A stretch of 62,122 bases of DNA from Porticoccus sp. (GTDB lineage Bacteria; Pseudomonadota; Gammaproteobacteria; Pseudomonadales; CAWVSB01), in assembly GCA_047628915.1 (NCBI GenBank), contig JBLHWB010000001.1, positions 1 to 62,122 on the forward strand. The letters are read 5' to 3'. The translations under genes and the position numbers were made by a program. Position 1 is the first letter of the stretch. Each line of letters starts with the position of its first letter. Below, piece after piece: positions 48,829-59,357 of this stretch. A model generated the notes under the pieces. The model worked only from the letters and a program-made list of their open reading frames with translations. It had not been told where the DNA came from and did not search any database.

Positions 48829-49611
48829 TTAAGCAGTAAAGTAAGGCTCGTTCTTACGTGCTGTTAGTACTTCAACGCCATTGCTAGTCACTGCTAGGGT
48901 ATGCTCCCATTGCGCAGAAAGGCGACGATCGGCAGTGGTAACGGTCCAGCCATCACGCTTATTGAGCTTCGTTTTCCAGGTGCCGGCATTGAGCATTGGC
49001 TCGACTGTAAACGTCATACCTTCGGTTAACACTAGTCCTTCGCCAGCGTTGCCGTAATGCATCACTTGCGGATCTTCGTGAAATATCTTGCCAATGCCAT
49101 GGCCGCAATACTCACGCACTACGCCATAGTGCAAGCCTTCAGCATGGGTTTGAATAATATGGCCAATATCGCCCAGAGTGACGCCGGGTTTGATGATATC
49201 TATTGCTTTGTATAATGATTCTTGGGCGACTTCGCAAATTCGCTGAGCATGTTTCTCTACTTCGCCGACGTAAAGCATAATGCTGGTGTCGCCGTGGTAC
49301 TCGTCTTTTATCACTGTTACATCAATATTGATGATGTCGCCTTTCTTCAGTATTTTTTCATCAGATGGAATGCCGTGACACACGACTTGGTTAATAGAAG
49401 TGCAGACAGATTTAGGGAAGCCATTGTAGTTAAGTGGTGCTGGGACCGCTTTTTGCACATCGACAATGTAATTGTGGCAGATGCGGTCAAGCTCGCCAGT
49501 ACTGATGCCAGGCACTACATGAGGCGTGATCATTTCTAGCACGTCGGCGGCCAAACGACCTGATACGCGCATTTTTTCAATTTCAGCCGGAGTTTTGATC
49601 GTGACAGCCAT
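48829..49611 (-). CDS. map: Type I methionine aminopeptidase
   Basis: 260 aa. N-terminus MAVTIKTPAEIEKMRVSGRLAADVL, with pita-bread metal ligand contexts (DIINIDVT, GHGIG, FTVEP, EHT). Confidence 0.92.
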   Translation of the reverse strand: MAVTIKTPAEIEKMRVSGRLAADVLEMITPHVVPGISTGELDRICHNYIVDVQKAVPAPLNYNGFPKSVCTSINQVVCHGIPSDEKILKKGDIINIDVTVIKDEYHGDTSIMLYVGEVEKHAQRICEVAQESLYKAIDIIKPGVTLGDIGHIIQTHAEGLHYGVVREYCGHGIGKIFHEDPQVMHYGNAGEGLVLTEGMTFTVEPMLNAGTWKTKLNKRDGWTVTTADRRLSAQWEHTLAVTSNGVEVLTARKNEPYFTA

Positions 49612-49724
49612 AAATTCAGTGCCTAAATAGTCAAAAAAACGCTATTGTAAAGTATCCGGATGATCCTGCCTATGCGTAATCATTATCGAAGTCAGTTAAC
49701 ACAAAACCCTACAAAATTAGTGGA

Positions 49725-50588
49725 TTAGATTAAGTTTATTAATTGCTTAATGACTTGCTGTCTAGGTGTGGTTTTACGCCAGACTAGACCTATTGATCTG
49801 CTCGGAGCCGGTTTGGTAAAAGGAATATATTCAATCCCAGTTTCCTTCGCTTGAATTGCAATTTTTGGCATAAAGGTAATACCTGTGCCTGCTTTTACCA
49901 TTTGCCGAAGGGTTTCAAGCCCCGTCGCCTTGAAATCCTGCTCTTCACCAATGTTATGTAGCTGGCATATTTCTAATGATTGATCGCGCAGACAGTGGCC
50001 TTCTTCCAGTAGCAGCAGCCGATGTTGTTTTAGTTTTGTTTGGTCTACGGTTTTATATTTAGTCAGATCATGGCCGCAAGGCACTGCTAGAAAAAACTCA
50101 TCGTCAAATAATGATTTGCTAACCAAGTAGTCGTCTTGAATCGGCAGTGCAAGTAATGCTGCATCGATATCACCATTGTGTAACTGATCTATAAGCTGAG
50201 AAGTTTTCTCTTCGATGAGGATGAGTCGTAAATTAGGCATAGCGGCTTTTACCTGTGGCACTATCCTTGGAAAAATGTAGGTGGATAGTGTCGGAAACGC
50301 ACCTAGGCGAAACTTACCGGCTAGCGGGTCTCGCGTGCTGTCAGCAATCTCGTGAATAGCGTCTACTTCTCTTAAAATACGTTTTGCATAAATAACAATC
50401 TGATGACCTGCTTCGGTTAGCATTACGCGGCGGTTTGTTCGTTCAAACAGCATGATTCCCAGGGTTTCCTCAAGTTTTTTAATTTGACCACTAAGCGTTG
50501 GCTGACTTACATTACATTGCTGTGCTGCATGGCCAAAGTGTTCTAGCTCGGCTATTGCCAGAAAGTACTTTAAGTCTTTTAGATTCAT
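49725..50588 (-). CDS. oxyR: LysR-family peroxide-sensing regulator OxyR
   Basis: wHTH LKYFLAIAELEHFGHAAQQCNVSQPTLSGQIKKLEE. Redox Cys pair context EEGHCLRDQSLEIC (two Cys 9 residues apart, as for C199/C208). Divergent from katG. Confidence 0.8.
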   Translation of the reverse strand: MNLKDLKYFLAIAELEHFGHAAQQCNVSQPTLSGQIKKLEETLGIMLFERTNRRVMLTEAGHQIVIYAKRILREVDAIHEIADSTRDPLAGKFRLGAFPTLSTYIFPRIVPQVKAAMPNLRLILIEEKTSQLIDQLHNGDIDAALLALPIQDDYLVSKSLFDDEFFLAVPCGHDLTKYKTVDQTKLKQHRLLLLEEGHCLRDQSLEICQLHNIGEEQDFKATGLETLRQMVKAGTGITFMPKIAIQAKETGIEYIPFTKPAPSRSIGLVWRKTTPRQQVIKQLINLI

Positions 50589-50834
50589 CGTATAGTCTCA
50601 ATTAGTCATTTGTTTTACCTATCAATTGTATAGGAATAAACGATTTTACCAAACGCTGGCCAGTCGCTATTATGGCAATTAGTAACAAGCGGTAGTTATT
50701 TTAATGTGTATCTGTTGTTTAACTATCAATTTTCTATTGCGACGGTTCTACTGCTATGGTGAAAGCTCTAGTTATAGATCTCACAATGTTATAAGTGCAG
50801 CCGATATGGTGGCAAATAATAAGTGGAGTAAGCT

Positions 50835-53084
50835 ATGAAAAAACGTAATTTATTGATAAAAACTGCAGTCGTGAGTGTGTTGGCTACGGCTATGGTACAG
50901 CATTCGCTAGCTGATGAAATGTCTAAGCCGAAAGGAGCTATAGGCAGTGGCAATGTAGTTGCTGGGCAGGCTAAGCCTAATCAGTTTTGGTGGCCTGATC
51001 AGTTAGATCTTTCTGCGCTGCGTGATCATGATAAGCGCTCAAGCCCTATGGGCGAGGATTTCAACTATGCAGAGGAATTTAGCAAGCTAGATTTAAAGGC
51101 TGTTAAGCAAGATATAGATCTGCTGCTAACCACTTCACAAGATTGGTGGCCAGCTGATTACGGCAATTATGGGCCGTTTTTTATTCGAATGACATGGCAT
51201 AGCGCTGGTACTTATCGCACTTTAGATGGACGCGGTGGCGGTGATGGCGGCCAACAACGGTTTGAGCCGCTTAACAGCTGGCCGGATAACGGCAATCTAG
51301 ACAAAGCACGGCGCTTGTTGTGGCCGATAAAACAACAATACGGTCACAGTTTGTCATGGGCAGATTTAATGATTTTGGCTGGTAATGTTGCGTTAGAGAA
51401 CATGGGCTTTGAAACCTATGGTTTTGCTGGTGGCCGGACTGATGATTGGGAGCCGGATTTGGTTTATTGGGGGCCGGAACTGGAAATGCTGGCCAGCGAT
51501 AGACATCTAAAAGACGGGACGTTGCAGCGCCCGCTCGGTGCAACACATATGGGTTTGATCTATGTGAACCCAGAGGGCCCTAGGGGCAAGCCAGATCCTA
51601 TCGGTTCTGCCAACAATATCCGTGAGTCGTTTAAGCGCATGGCGATGAATGATGAAGAGGTGGTAGCTTTAATAGCCGGCGGCCATACCTTTGGTAAAAT
51701 GCATGGAGCTCACAAGCCTGCTGATTGTCTGGGCGCAGAACCGGCCGCTGCAGAGCTTGAAGAGCAAGGTCTTGGCTGGAAAAATAAATGTGGTAAAGGC
51801 CATTCTGAAGATACTGTTACCAGTGGTTTAGAAGGTGCGTGGACGCAGGCTCCAACCCAATGGACATCGCTGTACTTAACTAACTTACTTAACTTTGAAT
51901 GGCAGCAAACTCGCAGCCCAGCCGGTGCAATACAGTGGATTCCGACGGATGAGTCAGTACATAACTCGGTTCCCGATGCGCATATTGAGGGTAAGTTTCA
52001 TGCGCCAGTGATGACGACTGCCGATTTGGCAATGAAGTTTGATCCAGCTTATAGAGCCATTGCCGAGCGTTTTGTGGCTAATCCTGCTGAGTATCAACAG
52101 GCCTTTGCCAAAGCGTGGTACAAGCTTACTCACCGCGATATGGGGCCTAGTGCGCTTTATTTAGGGGTAGAAGTGCCAAGCGAAGAACTTATTTGGCAAG
52201 ACCCAGTGCCTGCTGGTAAAAAGCTAAGTAATCGAGCGGTTAAACGCCTTAAGAAAGAGCTATTAGCTTCAGACTTAACTGTGTCGGAGCTGGTGAGTAC
52301 AGCGTGGGCGTCGGCGTCAACTTTTCGTGCCAGCGACAAGCGTGGCGGTGCCAATGGTGCTCGTATAGCACTTGCTCCGCAAAAGGACTGGGCGGTTAAT
52401 AACCCGCAACAACTGACAAAAGTGATTGCTGTGTTGGAGCAGGTGCGAGCTGACTTTGGTAAAGACAAGGTCTCGCTTGCTGATTTAATTGTCTTAGGTG
52501 GTGCGGCGGCCATTGAGCAAGCCGCTAAAGATGCGGGTGTTAAAGTTGAGGTGCCATTTAAGTCAGGGCGTGGCGATGCACTGCAAGCACAAACTGATGT
52601 GAATTCGTTCTCATTACTTGAGCCTAAAGCCGATGCCTTTCGCAATTACTTTGATGTCAGTGCGGCTTATCGTTCGCCTGCAGAAATGTTAGTTGATAAG
52701 GCTGATTTACTTGGCTTAACTGTGCCGCAAGCGACTGTTCTGGTTGGTGGTATGAGGGCGTTAAATACTAATGCCGATGGCTCTCAGCATGGCGTGTTAA
52801 CCGCTAGGCCGGGTATGTTAAGTAATGACTTTTTTGTCAGCTTGTTAGATATGTCTACCAAATGGCAGAAGTCTGCGGCTGATGGCTTGTATGAAGGCGT
52901 TGATCGTCAAACTGGTAAGGTGAAGTACACCGCAACCCCAGTTGATTTGATCTTTGGGTCGAGCTCAGAACTGCGTGCTGTTGCAGAGGCTTATGCCTTT
53001 GATGGTTCTAACGAGAAGTTTGTCAATGACTTTGTTCAGGCTTGGGTGAAAGTGATGCAAGCAGATCGCTTTGATTTGAAGTAG
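50835..53084 (+). CDS. katG: Catalase-peroxidase KatG with an N-terminal Sec signal peptide
   Basis: Distal-site motif [10 protein letters not shown] and proximal His context GGHTFGK, with two peroxidase-like halves over 749 aa. The first 26 aa, [26 protein letters not shown], look like a cleavable signal peptide. Confidence 0.92.
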   Translation: MKKRNLLIKTAVVSVLATAMVQHSLADEMSKPKGAIGSGNVVAGQAKPNQFWWPDQLDLSALRDHDKRSSPMGEDFNYAEEFSKLDLKAVKQDIDLLLTTSQDWWPADYGNYGPFFIRMTWHSAGTYRTLDGRGGGDGGQQRFEPLNSWPDNGNLDKARRLLWPIKQQYGHSLSWADLMILAGNVALENMGFETYGFAGGRTDDWEPDLVYWGPELEMLASDRHLKDGTLQRPLGATHMGLIYVNPEGPRGKPDPIGSANNIRESFKRMAMNDEEVVALIAGGHTFGKMHGAHKPADCLGAEPAAAELEEQGLGWKNKCGKGHSEDTVTSGLEGAWTQAPTQWTSLYLTNLLNFEWQQTRSPAGAIQWIPTDESVHNSVPDAHIEGKFHAPVMTTADLAMKFDPAYRAIAERFVANPAEYQQAFAKAWYKLTHRDMGPSALYLGVEVPSEELIWQDPVPAGKKLSNRAVKRLKKELLASDLTVSELVSTAWASASTFRASDKRGGANGARIALAPQKDWAVNNPQQLTKVIAVLEQVRADFGKDKVSLADLIVLGGAAAIEQAAKDAGVKVEVPFKSGRGDALQAQTDVNSFSLLEPKADAFRNYFDVSAAYRSPAEMLVDKADLLGLTVPQATVLVGGMRALNTNADGSQHGVLTARPGMLSNDFFVSLLDMSTKWQKSAADGLYEGVDRQTGKVKYTATPVDLIFGSSSELRAVAEAYAFDGSNEKFVNDFVQAWVKVMQADRFDLK

Positions 53085-53101
53085 CTCAATCATATAATAG
53101 T

Positions 53102-53132
53102 GCCGCGATAGAATTTATCGCGGCTTTTTTTT
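53102..53132 (+). terminator. Rho-independent terminator of katG
   Basis: GCCGCGAT (53102-53109) pairs with ATCGCGGC (53117-53124), followed by TTTTTTTT. Confidence 0.8.
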
Positions 53133-53265
53133 GTCTAGCGATTATAAAAACTCATAGATTTACCATATAGCTAGATTGTTATCGCTATTTTGGCCGTTTA
53201 AAGGGTTAGTCAGTGGGTATATTTAATGTTTTTTACAGGTCTAAAACTTTAATCTGACCAGTAAA

Positions 53266-53276
53266 TATGGTATAAA
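53266..53276 (+). promoter_or_regulatory. Candidate extended -10 promoter of rpsB-tsf, followed by a ~150-nt leader
   Basis: TATGGTATAAA is a TGn-TATAAT-type extended -10 element. It is nearly identical to the extended -10 element I recall for the E. coli rpsB promoter. It lies ~155 nt upstream of the rpsB ATG, comparable with the long E. coli rpsB 5' UTR. Confidence 0.5.
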
Positions 53277-53431
53277 GCGCGCCGCTGTCTGCATTAGGTA
53301 GGCAGTGATTAAAATTCGAACACTTATCGACACATGTTTCGGGGTGCTTGGCCTTATCTATAATAACTAGGGCTAGGTTGAAATATGGGATAGGTGGGAG
53401 AGATAACCCATTACAAAATATAGGCAATATT

Positions 53432-54208
53432 ATGGCTACCGTTTCAATGCGTGAGTTGTTGCAGGCTGGTGTTCACTTTGGTCACCAAGCCCGTTACTGG
53501 AACCCTAAGATGAGCAATTATCTATTTGGCGTTCGCAACAAAATCCACATTATCAATTTAGAGCAAACTGTTCCTGCACTTAACGATGCGTTAACAATGG
53601 TTCAAAAATTAGCTGCTAACAAAAACAAAATTCTTATAGTTGGTACTAAGCGTGCTGCCAGCAAGGTTGTTAAAACCGAAGCTGAGCGTGCTGGAATGCC
53701 TTACGTTAGCCAACGTTGGTTGGGCGGCATGTTAACTAACTACAAAACTATTCGTCAGTCGATTAAGCGTTTTCGTGATTTAGAAGCGCAAAGTGCCGAT
53801 GGTACTTTTGACCAGCTAACTAAAAAAGAAGGCTTAATGCGCAAGCGTGAAATGGAAAAGCTAGAGCGCTCTATTGGCGGTATTAAAGATATGGGCGGTT
53901 TGCCTGACGCTTTATTCGTAATTGACGTTGACCATGAACGTATTGCTATTACTGAAGCTAACAAGCTTGGTATTCCTGTTATCGGTATCGTTGACAGCAA
54001 CAGTAATCCAGATGGCGTTGATTACGTTATTCCTGGTAATGACGATGCGATTCGTGCGATTAAACTTTACGGTAAAGCTTTGGCTGATGCGATTCTTGAA
54101 GGTAAGAACGAGAATGACCCTATCGTTAAAGATGACTTCGTAGAAGTTGAAGCTGAAGCGGCTGAAGCAGTTGACGCTCCAGAAGCTCCAGCTCCTGCTG
54201 CAGAGTAA
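53432..54208 (+). CDS. rpsB: 30S ribosomal protein S2
   Basis: [27 protein letters not shown] is the canonical S2 N-terminus. The ATG at 53432 is Met29 of the track ORF. Acidic Ala/Glu-rich C-terminal tail. Confidence 0.95.
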   Translation: MATVSMRELLQAGVHFGHQARYWNPKMSNYLFGVRNKIHIINLEQTVPALNDALTMVQKLAANKNKILIVGTKRAASKVVKTEAERAGMPYVSQRWLGGMLTNYKTIRQSIKRFRDLEAQSADGTFDQLTKKEGLMRKREMEKLERSIGGIKDMGGLPDALFVIDVDHERIAITEANKLGIPVIGIVDSNSNPDGVDYVIPGNDDAIRAIKLYGKALADAILEGKNENDPIVKDDFVEVEAEAAEAVDAPEAPAPAAE

Positions 54209-54230
54209 GACGCTCAGTTAAGTACTAGAG

Positions 54231-54252
54231 AAGGGGCTTTGCCCCTTTTTTT
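54231..54252 (+). terminator. Hairpin plus T-run after rpsB (terminator/attenuator before tsf)
   Basis: AGGGGC-TTT-GCCCCT followed by TTTTTT. Confidence 0.65.
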
Positions 54253-54340
54253 AAGTCGAATTATTAGTTTAATCTGTTTCATCCTAAGGCTTTAGCGCGC
54301 AGCGCTTATCAAAGATGAATGAAATATAGAGGTGAGTTCC

Positions 54341-55198
54341 ATGGTTGCAATTTCTGCATCATTAGTAAAAGAACTTCGTGAGCGTACCGGTTTGGGTATG
54401 CTTGATTGTAAAAAAGCACTACGTGAGACTGAAGGCAATATTGATCAAGCCATCGAGAACTTACGTAAATCTAGTGGTATGAAGGCGGCTAAAAAAGCTG
54501 GCCGCGTTGCTGCTGAAGGCGTTGTAGTCGCGCGAGTAAGCGCCGACAACACTTATGCTCAGTTATTGGAAGTAAACAGTGAAACTGATTTCGCAGCCCG
54601 CGATACTGGTTTTTTGGCATTTGTTAATGCTGTTGCCGACAAAGCATTAGCTGGCAAGCAAGAAGATGTACAAGCTTTGCTAGCTAGCGGCGTTGAAGCT
54701 GATCGTGAAACATTAGTACAAAAAATTGGCGAAAATATCAGTCCAAGACGCATTGCTTCATTGAGCGGCGATGTGGTTGGCAGTTATGTGCACAGTAACA
54801 ACCGTATTGCCGTATTGGTTCAGCTTAAAGGCGGTGATGTAGAGTTAGCGAAAGATATCGCTATGCATGTAGCCGCGTCTAACCCGCAGTATGCCAATCC
54901 TGAAGATGTGCCTGAAGATGTGATCACGAAAGAGAAAGACATTTACAGCGCGCAAGCACAAGATAGTGGCAAACCTGCTGAAATCATTGAGAAAATGGTT
55001 GTTGGTCGCGTACGTAAGTTTTTGGAAGAAATTAGCTTAACCAAGCAATCTTTCGTAAAAGACCCTGATGTAACCGTTGGCGAGCTGGCTAAGAAAGCCG
55101 GTGCTGAAGTGGTTGCCTTTGTGCGTTATGAAGTTGGTGAAGGGATTGACAAAGAAGAGGTTGATTTCGCCGCCGAAGTTGCCGCACAATTGAAGTAA
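54341..55198 (+). CDS. tsf: Translation elongation factor Ts
   Basis: [27 protein letters not shown] matches the EF-Ts N-terminal UBA-like domain. The ATG at 54341 lies 6 nt after GAGGTG. Confidence 0.95.
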   Translation: MVAISASLVKELRERTGLGMLDCKKALRETEGNIDQAIENLRKSSGMKAAKKAGRVAAEGVVVARVSADNTYAQLLEVNSETDFAARDTGFLAFVNAVADKALAGKQEDVQALLASGVEADRETLVQKIGENISPRRIASLSGDVVGSYVHSNNRIAVLVQLKGGDVELAKDIAMHVAASNPQYANPEDVPEDVITKEKDIYSAQAQDSGKPAEIIEKMVVGRVRKFLEEISLTKQSFVKDPDVTVGELAKKAGAEVVAFVRYEVGEGIDKEEVDFAAEVAAQLK

Positions 55199-55210
55199 GT
55201 TTGCAGTATT

Positions 55211-55237
55211 AAGGGCATCCACAGGATGCCCTTTTAG
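55211..55237 (+). terminator. Rho-independent terminator after tsf
   Basis: AAGGGCATCC-ACA-GGATGCCCTT perfect 10-bp stem followed by TT. Confidence 0.65.
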
Positions 55238-55265
55238 TATCACCACACTATGACACTTAGGGCGG

Positions 55266-55994
55266 ATGGATATGTCGAATAAAGATAAAAAGTATAAGCG
55301 CATCATGTTGAAGCTAAGCGGTGAAGCGCTTATGGGTAATGAAGGCTTTGGTATTGATCCTAAAGTACTTGACCAAATGGCTTTAGAGATAGGACAGCTG
55401 GTCGGCATTGGTGTACAGGTTGGCTTAGTTGTTGGTGGTGGTAATTTATTTAGAGGCGCGGCATTAAGTGCAGTGGGCTTAGACCGAGTTACTGGCGACC
55501 ATATGGGTATGCTGGCAACAGTGATGAATGCCTTAGCATTGCGTGACGCCTTAGAGCGTTCCAATATAGCTAGCCGGGTGATGTCAGCTATTCCAATGAG
55601 TGGTGTGGTTGAGCATTATGACCGTCGTGCTGCCTTGCGTTATTTAGATCAGGGTGATGTAGTTATTTTCTCTGCAGGAACCGGTAATCCCTTTTTCACT
55701 ACTGATTCTGCGGCCTGTTTGCGTGGCATTGAAATCGACGCTGAAATAGTACTGAAAGCGACTAAAGTTGATGGTGTTTATACGGCTGACCCAGAAAAAG
55801 ATCCCGACGCGGTTAGGTATGACGAGTTAACCTATGACGAAGCCTTGGATAAAAAATTAGGGGTGATGGACTTAACCGCTATTTGCCTGTGCCGTGATCA
55901 TGATATGCCACTGCGGGTATTTAAAATGGAAGAAGTCGGTGCATTGCTGAGTATTGTTGGTGGCGGCGATGTAGGCACTTTAGTTAGATCATAA
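55266..55994 (+). CDS. pyrH: UMP kinase
   Basis: [13 protein letters not shown] and [10 protein letters not shown] motifs. An alternative start lies 6 nt downstream at 55272. Confidence 0.93.
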   Translation: MDMSNKDKKYKRIMLKLSGEALMGNEGFGIDPKVLDQMALEIGQLVGIGVQVGLVVGGGNLFRGAALSAVGLDRVTGDHMGMLATVMNALALRDALERSNIASRVMSAIPMSGVVEHYDRRAALRYLDQGDVVIFSAGTGNPFFTTDSAACLRGIEIDAEIVLKATKVDGVYTADPEKDPDAVRYDELTYDEALDKKLGVMDLTAICLCRDHDMPLRVFKMEEVGALLSIVGGGDVGTLVRS

Positions 55995-56024
55995 AATTAA
56001 TAAGTTATTAGTAGGAGATCGACT

Positions 56025-56582
56025 GTGATCAATGAAATTAAGCAAGACGCTGAAGTGAGCATGCAAAAGGCCGTTGAGGCATTGGGTAGCGCTTTTGGCC
56101 GAATTAGAACTGGTCGTGCTCATCCTAGTATTTTGGACGGAGTGATGGTTGATTACTATGGCAGTATGACGGCGTTAAGCCAGGTGGCTAACGTGTCGGT
56201 TGACGACGCCAGAACACTCAGTGTTACTCCTTGGGAAAAAAACTTAGTGCCGGATATCGAAAAAGCGATTATGAAGTCTGATTTGGGTTTGAATCCAAGT
56301 ACGGCTGGTTCGGTTATCCGTCTGCCTATGCCAATGCTGACTGAAGAGACGCGTAAAGTGTTTATCAAGCAAGCTAGGGCTGAGGCTGAGTCGTCTAGAG
56401 TATCGATTCGCAACTTTCGGCGCGATGCTATTGGCAACATTAAAGACTTACTTAAAGACAAAGACATTAGTGAAGACGACGACCGTCGTGGTCAAGAAGA
56501 TATTCAAAAACTAACCGATAAATATGTAGCCAAAGTCGATCAGCTGTTAGCAGCTAAAGAAGTCGACTTGATGGAAATTTAA
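56025..56582 (+). CDS. frr: Ribosome recycling factor
   Basis: [20 protein letters not shown] parallels the E. coli Frr N-terminus. GTG start preceded by AGGAG. 185 aa. Confidence 0.93.
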   Translation: MINEIKQDAEVSMQKAVEALGSAFGRIRTGRAHPSILDGVMVDYYGSMTALSQVANVSVDDARTLSVTPWEKNLVPDIEKAIMKSDLGLNPSTAGSVIRLPMPMLTEETRKVFIKQARAEAESSRVSIRNFRRDAIGNIKDLLKDKDISEDDDRRGQEDIQKLTDKYVAKVDQLLAAKEVDLMEI

Positions 56583-56599
56583 GGCGGGCTTTGTCTCCA

Positions 56600-57349
56600 A
56601 TGGCTGATGACAGCTTGGCAGTAGTTCCGCATCACGTTGCCATCATTATGGATGGTAATAACCGCTGGGCGAAAGCCAAAGGTTTACGCGCGGTTGCCTC
56701 GGGTCATCAAGCTGGCGTTGAGGCTATTCGAGGCGTGTTAGATGGCTGTTTAGATGCTGGGGTGAAGGTGCTAACGCTATTTGCCTTTAGTAGCGAAAAT
56801 TGGCAGCGCCCTAGCAGCGAAGTTAACGCCTTGATGAATTTATTCTCGCGCTATCTCTCCAAAGAAATTCCAGAATTAAATGTTAAGGGGACCCGAGTTA
56901 GGTTTATCGGCAGGCGTGACCGCTTTTCAAAATCCTTACAAAAGCAAATGCAATTAGCAGAAGAGCTCACTGACACTAATACCGAAGGTACTTTGGTTAT
57001 TGCTGCTGACTATGGCGGTCAGTGGGATATTACTCAGGCGATGGCTAAGTTATTTGCCGCTGTGAAACAGGGTGTTCTAACGGAAAGTGATATCAGTGAG
57101 GAGCAATTAGCGAGCTATCTCTCTCTGGCCGATATCCCTGCGCCGGACTTGCTGATTCGCACTGGCGGCGAGCAACGCATAAGTAATTTTTTATTGTGGC
57201 AAACTGCTTATTCAGAGCTATATTTCACTGACACTTATTGGCCAGATTTCTCCAAGCAAGAACTGCGGGCCGCACTGGCTGATTATGCTCAGCGTGAACG
57301 CCGTTTCGGTCATACCTCTGAACAAATAGGAGCAAAGACTAGTGCTTAA
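56600..57349 (+). CDS. uppS: Ditrans,polycis-undecaprenyl-diphosphate synthase
   Basis: HVAIIMDGNNRWAK, FAFSSENW and RTGGEQRISNFLLWQ motifs. ATG at 56600; the track uses the TTG at 56591. Confidence 0.92.
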   Translation: MADDSLAVVPHHVAIIMDGNNRWAKAKGLRAVASGHQAGVEAIRGVLDGCLDAGVKVLTLFAFSSENWQRPSSEVNALMNLFSRYLSKEIPELNVKGTRVRFIGRRDRFSKSLQKQMQLAEELTDTNTEGTLVIAADYGGQWDITQAMAKLFAAVKQGVLTESDISEEQLASYLSLADIPAPDLLIRTGGEQRISNFLLWQTAYSELYFTDTYWPDFSKQELRAALADYAQRERRFGHTSEQIGAKTSA

Positions 57350-58163
57350 ATACAGAATAATAACTGCACTGATTATGGCGATATTATTTGTGGGGGTGTT
57401 GTTTCTGAAGCCCACACAAATGGTATTAATATTTAGTTTTGTTGTGGTTGTCGCCGCCTGGGAGTGGGCGCAATTAGCAGATTTTGTAGGATTGCAAAAA
57501 ATTGCTTATGCAGTAGTTGTTGGTTTATTGCTAGCGGCTATGGGCGCTACGGTAAGTTTTGAAGCCGAAAACACCGAATGGCTGACACAAACTTTAGGCT
57601 CTGCGACAACTTTATGGGCTATTTTGTTGTGCTGGGTAATTACCTATCCTACTTCTGCAACTGTGTGGGGTAGCAAATGGGCTCGGTCGTTATTGGGTTT
57701 GATTATTCTCAGTGCCGTGTGGCTAGCGATGGCCTTTTTGGGCTTTAGCGAACAAGGTCCGTTATTAATTTTGTATATTATTGCGGTGGTAGCTTTTACT
57801 GATATAGGCGCTTATTTTAGTGGCCTGACTTTTGGTAAACACAAATTTGCTCCTTCTGTCAGCCCTAAAAAAACGTGGGAAGGTTTTTTCGGTGGCGTAA
57901 TTGCGGCTGGCTTGATGTCCTATTTGGTGGCTACTTATTATGGTTTATTAAATATGAGTGTTGCGCAAGCCGTGGCTTTGTCGGTAGTGTGCGCCGCGGC
58001 CTCCGCATTGGGTGATTTGGCTGTCAGTATGCTTAAGCGTCATGCCGGTGTTAAAGACAGTTCCAACTTACTGCCGGGACATGGTGGTTTTCTTGACCGG
58101 ATTGACGGAATATTAGCGGCGCTGCCGATGTTTGCCTTTGGCTTGTTAATGGTTGCCAAATAA
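57342..58163 (+). CDS. cdsA: Phosphatidate cytidylyltransferase
   Basis: CDS signature SMLKRHAGVKDSSNLLPGHGGFLDRIDG. Polytopic. The GTG start overlaps the uppS stop. Confidence 0.9.
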   Translation: MLKYRIITALIMAILFVGVLFLKPTQMVLIFSFVVVVAAWEWAQLADFVGLQKIAYAVVVGLLLAAMGATVSFEAENTEWLTQTLGSATTLWAILLCWVITYPTSATVWGSKWARSLLGLIILSAVWLAMAFLGFSEQGPLLILYIIAVVAFTDIGAYFSGLTFGKHKFAPSVSPKKTWEGFFGGVIAAGLMSYLVATYYGLLNMSVAQAVALSVVCAAASALGDLAVSMLKRHAGVKDSSNLLPGHGGFLDRIDGILAALPMFAFGLLMVAK

Positions 58164-59351
58164 ATGAGCGCAATTGAACAGATTACTGTTTTAGGCGCTA
58201 CTGGCTCTGTTGGGCTTAATACATTAGATGTTATTGCTAGGCATCCAGATAAGTATGGTGTGTTTGCGCTTACCGCAAATAGTAAAGTTGATCAGTTGGC
58301 TGAGCTATGCGTGGTTTATAAGCCGCAATATGCAGTGCTTGGGTCAGCTAACGCAGCACAGCAATTAAAAGATAAATTAAACTCATTGAATGTCGATACT
58401 GAAGTATTGTGCGGCGACGATGGCTTGTGCCAAGTGGCATCCCATCCACAAGTTGATTCAGTGATGGCTGCCATTGTTGGGGCCGCTGGCTTAAACCCTA
58501 CCTTAGCTGCTGCTGAAGCTGGCAAGAAAGTATTGTTAGCTAATAAAGAAGCCTTAGTAATGGCTGGCGATTTATTTATGCAGGCGATTGCTGCCAGCGG
58601 TGCAACTTTATTGCCGATTGACAGTGAACATAATGCTATCTTTCAGTGTCTACCTCAGACAGCGACCAAAAGCTTGGCCGAAAATGGGGTGGAGAGAATA
58701 TTGCTCACTGCGTCAGGCGGGCCGTTTCGACAATTCACCGCGGAGCAAATGCGTGGCGTCAGTCCTGAGCAAGCATGTGCGCATCCGAACTGGAGCATGG
58801 GGCGAAAAATCTCAGTTGATTCAGCGACTTTAATGAATAAAGGGCTTGAACTTATTGAGGCCTGCTGGCTGTTTGACACCGATCAGTCAGGCATTGATGT
58901 GGTGGTTCACCCGCAAAGTATTATCCATTCTATGGTGCAATATGTGGACGGTTCGGTGATAGCGCAAATGGGTAACCCCGATATGCGAACCCCCATAGCA
59001 TATGGGTTGGCATGGCCAGAGCGAATAGACGCTGGTGTTAAGCCACTAGATTTTATTCAACTTGGCAGCTTAGATTTTGAAGCCCCTGACGAGCAGCGTT
59101 TCCCTTGTTTGGTTTTGGCGAGAGAAGCATGGCAGCAGGGTGGTACCGCCAGCGCAGTGTTAAATGCCGCTAATGAGGTTGCTGTAGCTGCATTTTTAAA
59201 TAAAAAAATAGGCTTTACTGACATCACCAGTATTATTGAACAGGTGTTAGCCAAGCAAAGTACAGTTAAAGCCACTACTATAGAAGTTGTGCAAGCAGCC
59301 GACGCTGAAGCACGATTAATTGCTAACCAAATTGTCGCTGAGATACACTAA
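58164..59351 (+). CDS. dxr: 1-deoxy-D-xylulose 5-phosphate reductoisomerase
   Basis: NADPH motif VLGATGSVG, plus [20 protein letters not shown] and HPNWSMG motifs. Confidence 0.93.
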   Translation: MSAIEQITVLGATGSVGLNTLDVIARHPDKYGVFALTANSKVDQLAELCVVYKPQYAVLGSANAAQQLKDKLNSLNVDTEVLCGDDGLCQVASHPQVDSVMAAIVGAAGLNPTLAAAEAGKKVLLANKEALVMAGDLFMQAIAASGATLLPIDSEHNAIFQCLPQTATKSLAENGVERILLTASGGPFRQFTAEQMRGVSPEQACAHPNWSMGRKISVDSATLMNKGLELIEACWLFDTDQSGIDVVVHPQSIIHSMVQYVDGSVIAQMGNPDMRTPIAYGLAWPERIDAGVKPLDFIQLGSLDFEAPDEQRFPCLVLAREAWQQGGTASAVLNAANEVAVAAFLNKKIGFTDITSIIEQVLAKQSTVKATTIEVVQAADAEARLIANQIVAEIH

Positions 59352-59357
59352 AATCTA

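Noticed and set aside
53233-53427. 64-aa minus-strand ORF upstream of rpsB
   Set aside because: It sits antisense within the presumed rpsB promoter and leader. It has no ribosome-binding site context and no recognisable motif.
55037-55564. 175-aa minus-strand ORF spanning the tsf-pyrH junction, and similar long antisense ORFs (52157-52645 in katG, 60068-60469 in rseP, 18998-19372, 25059-25403, 14672-15067, 947-1213)
   Set aside because: All are antisense to genes with strong, motif-supported calls. Their translations are low-complexity (Ser/Ala/Pro/Thr-rich), typical of shadow ORFs.
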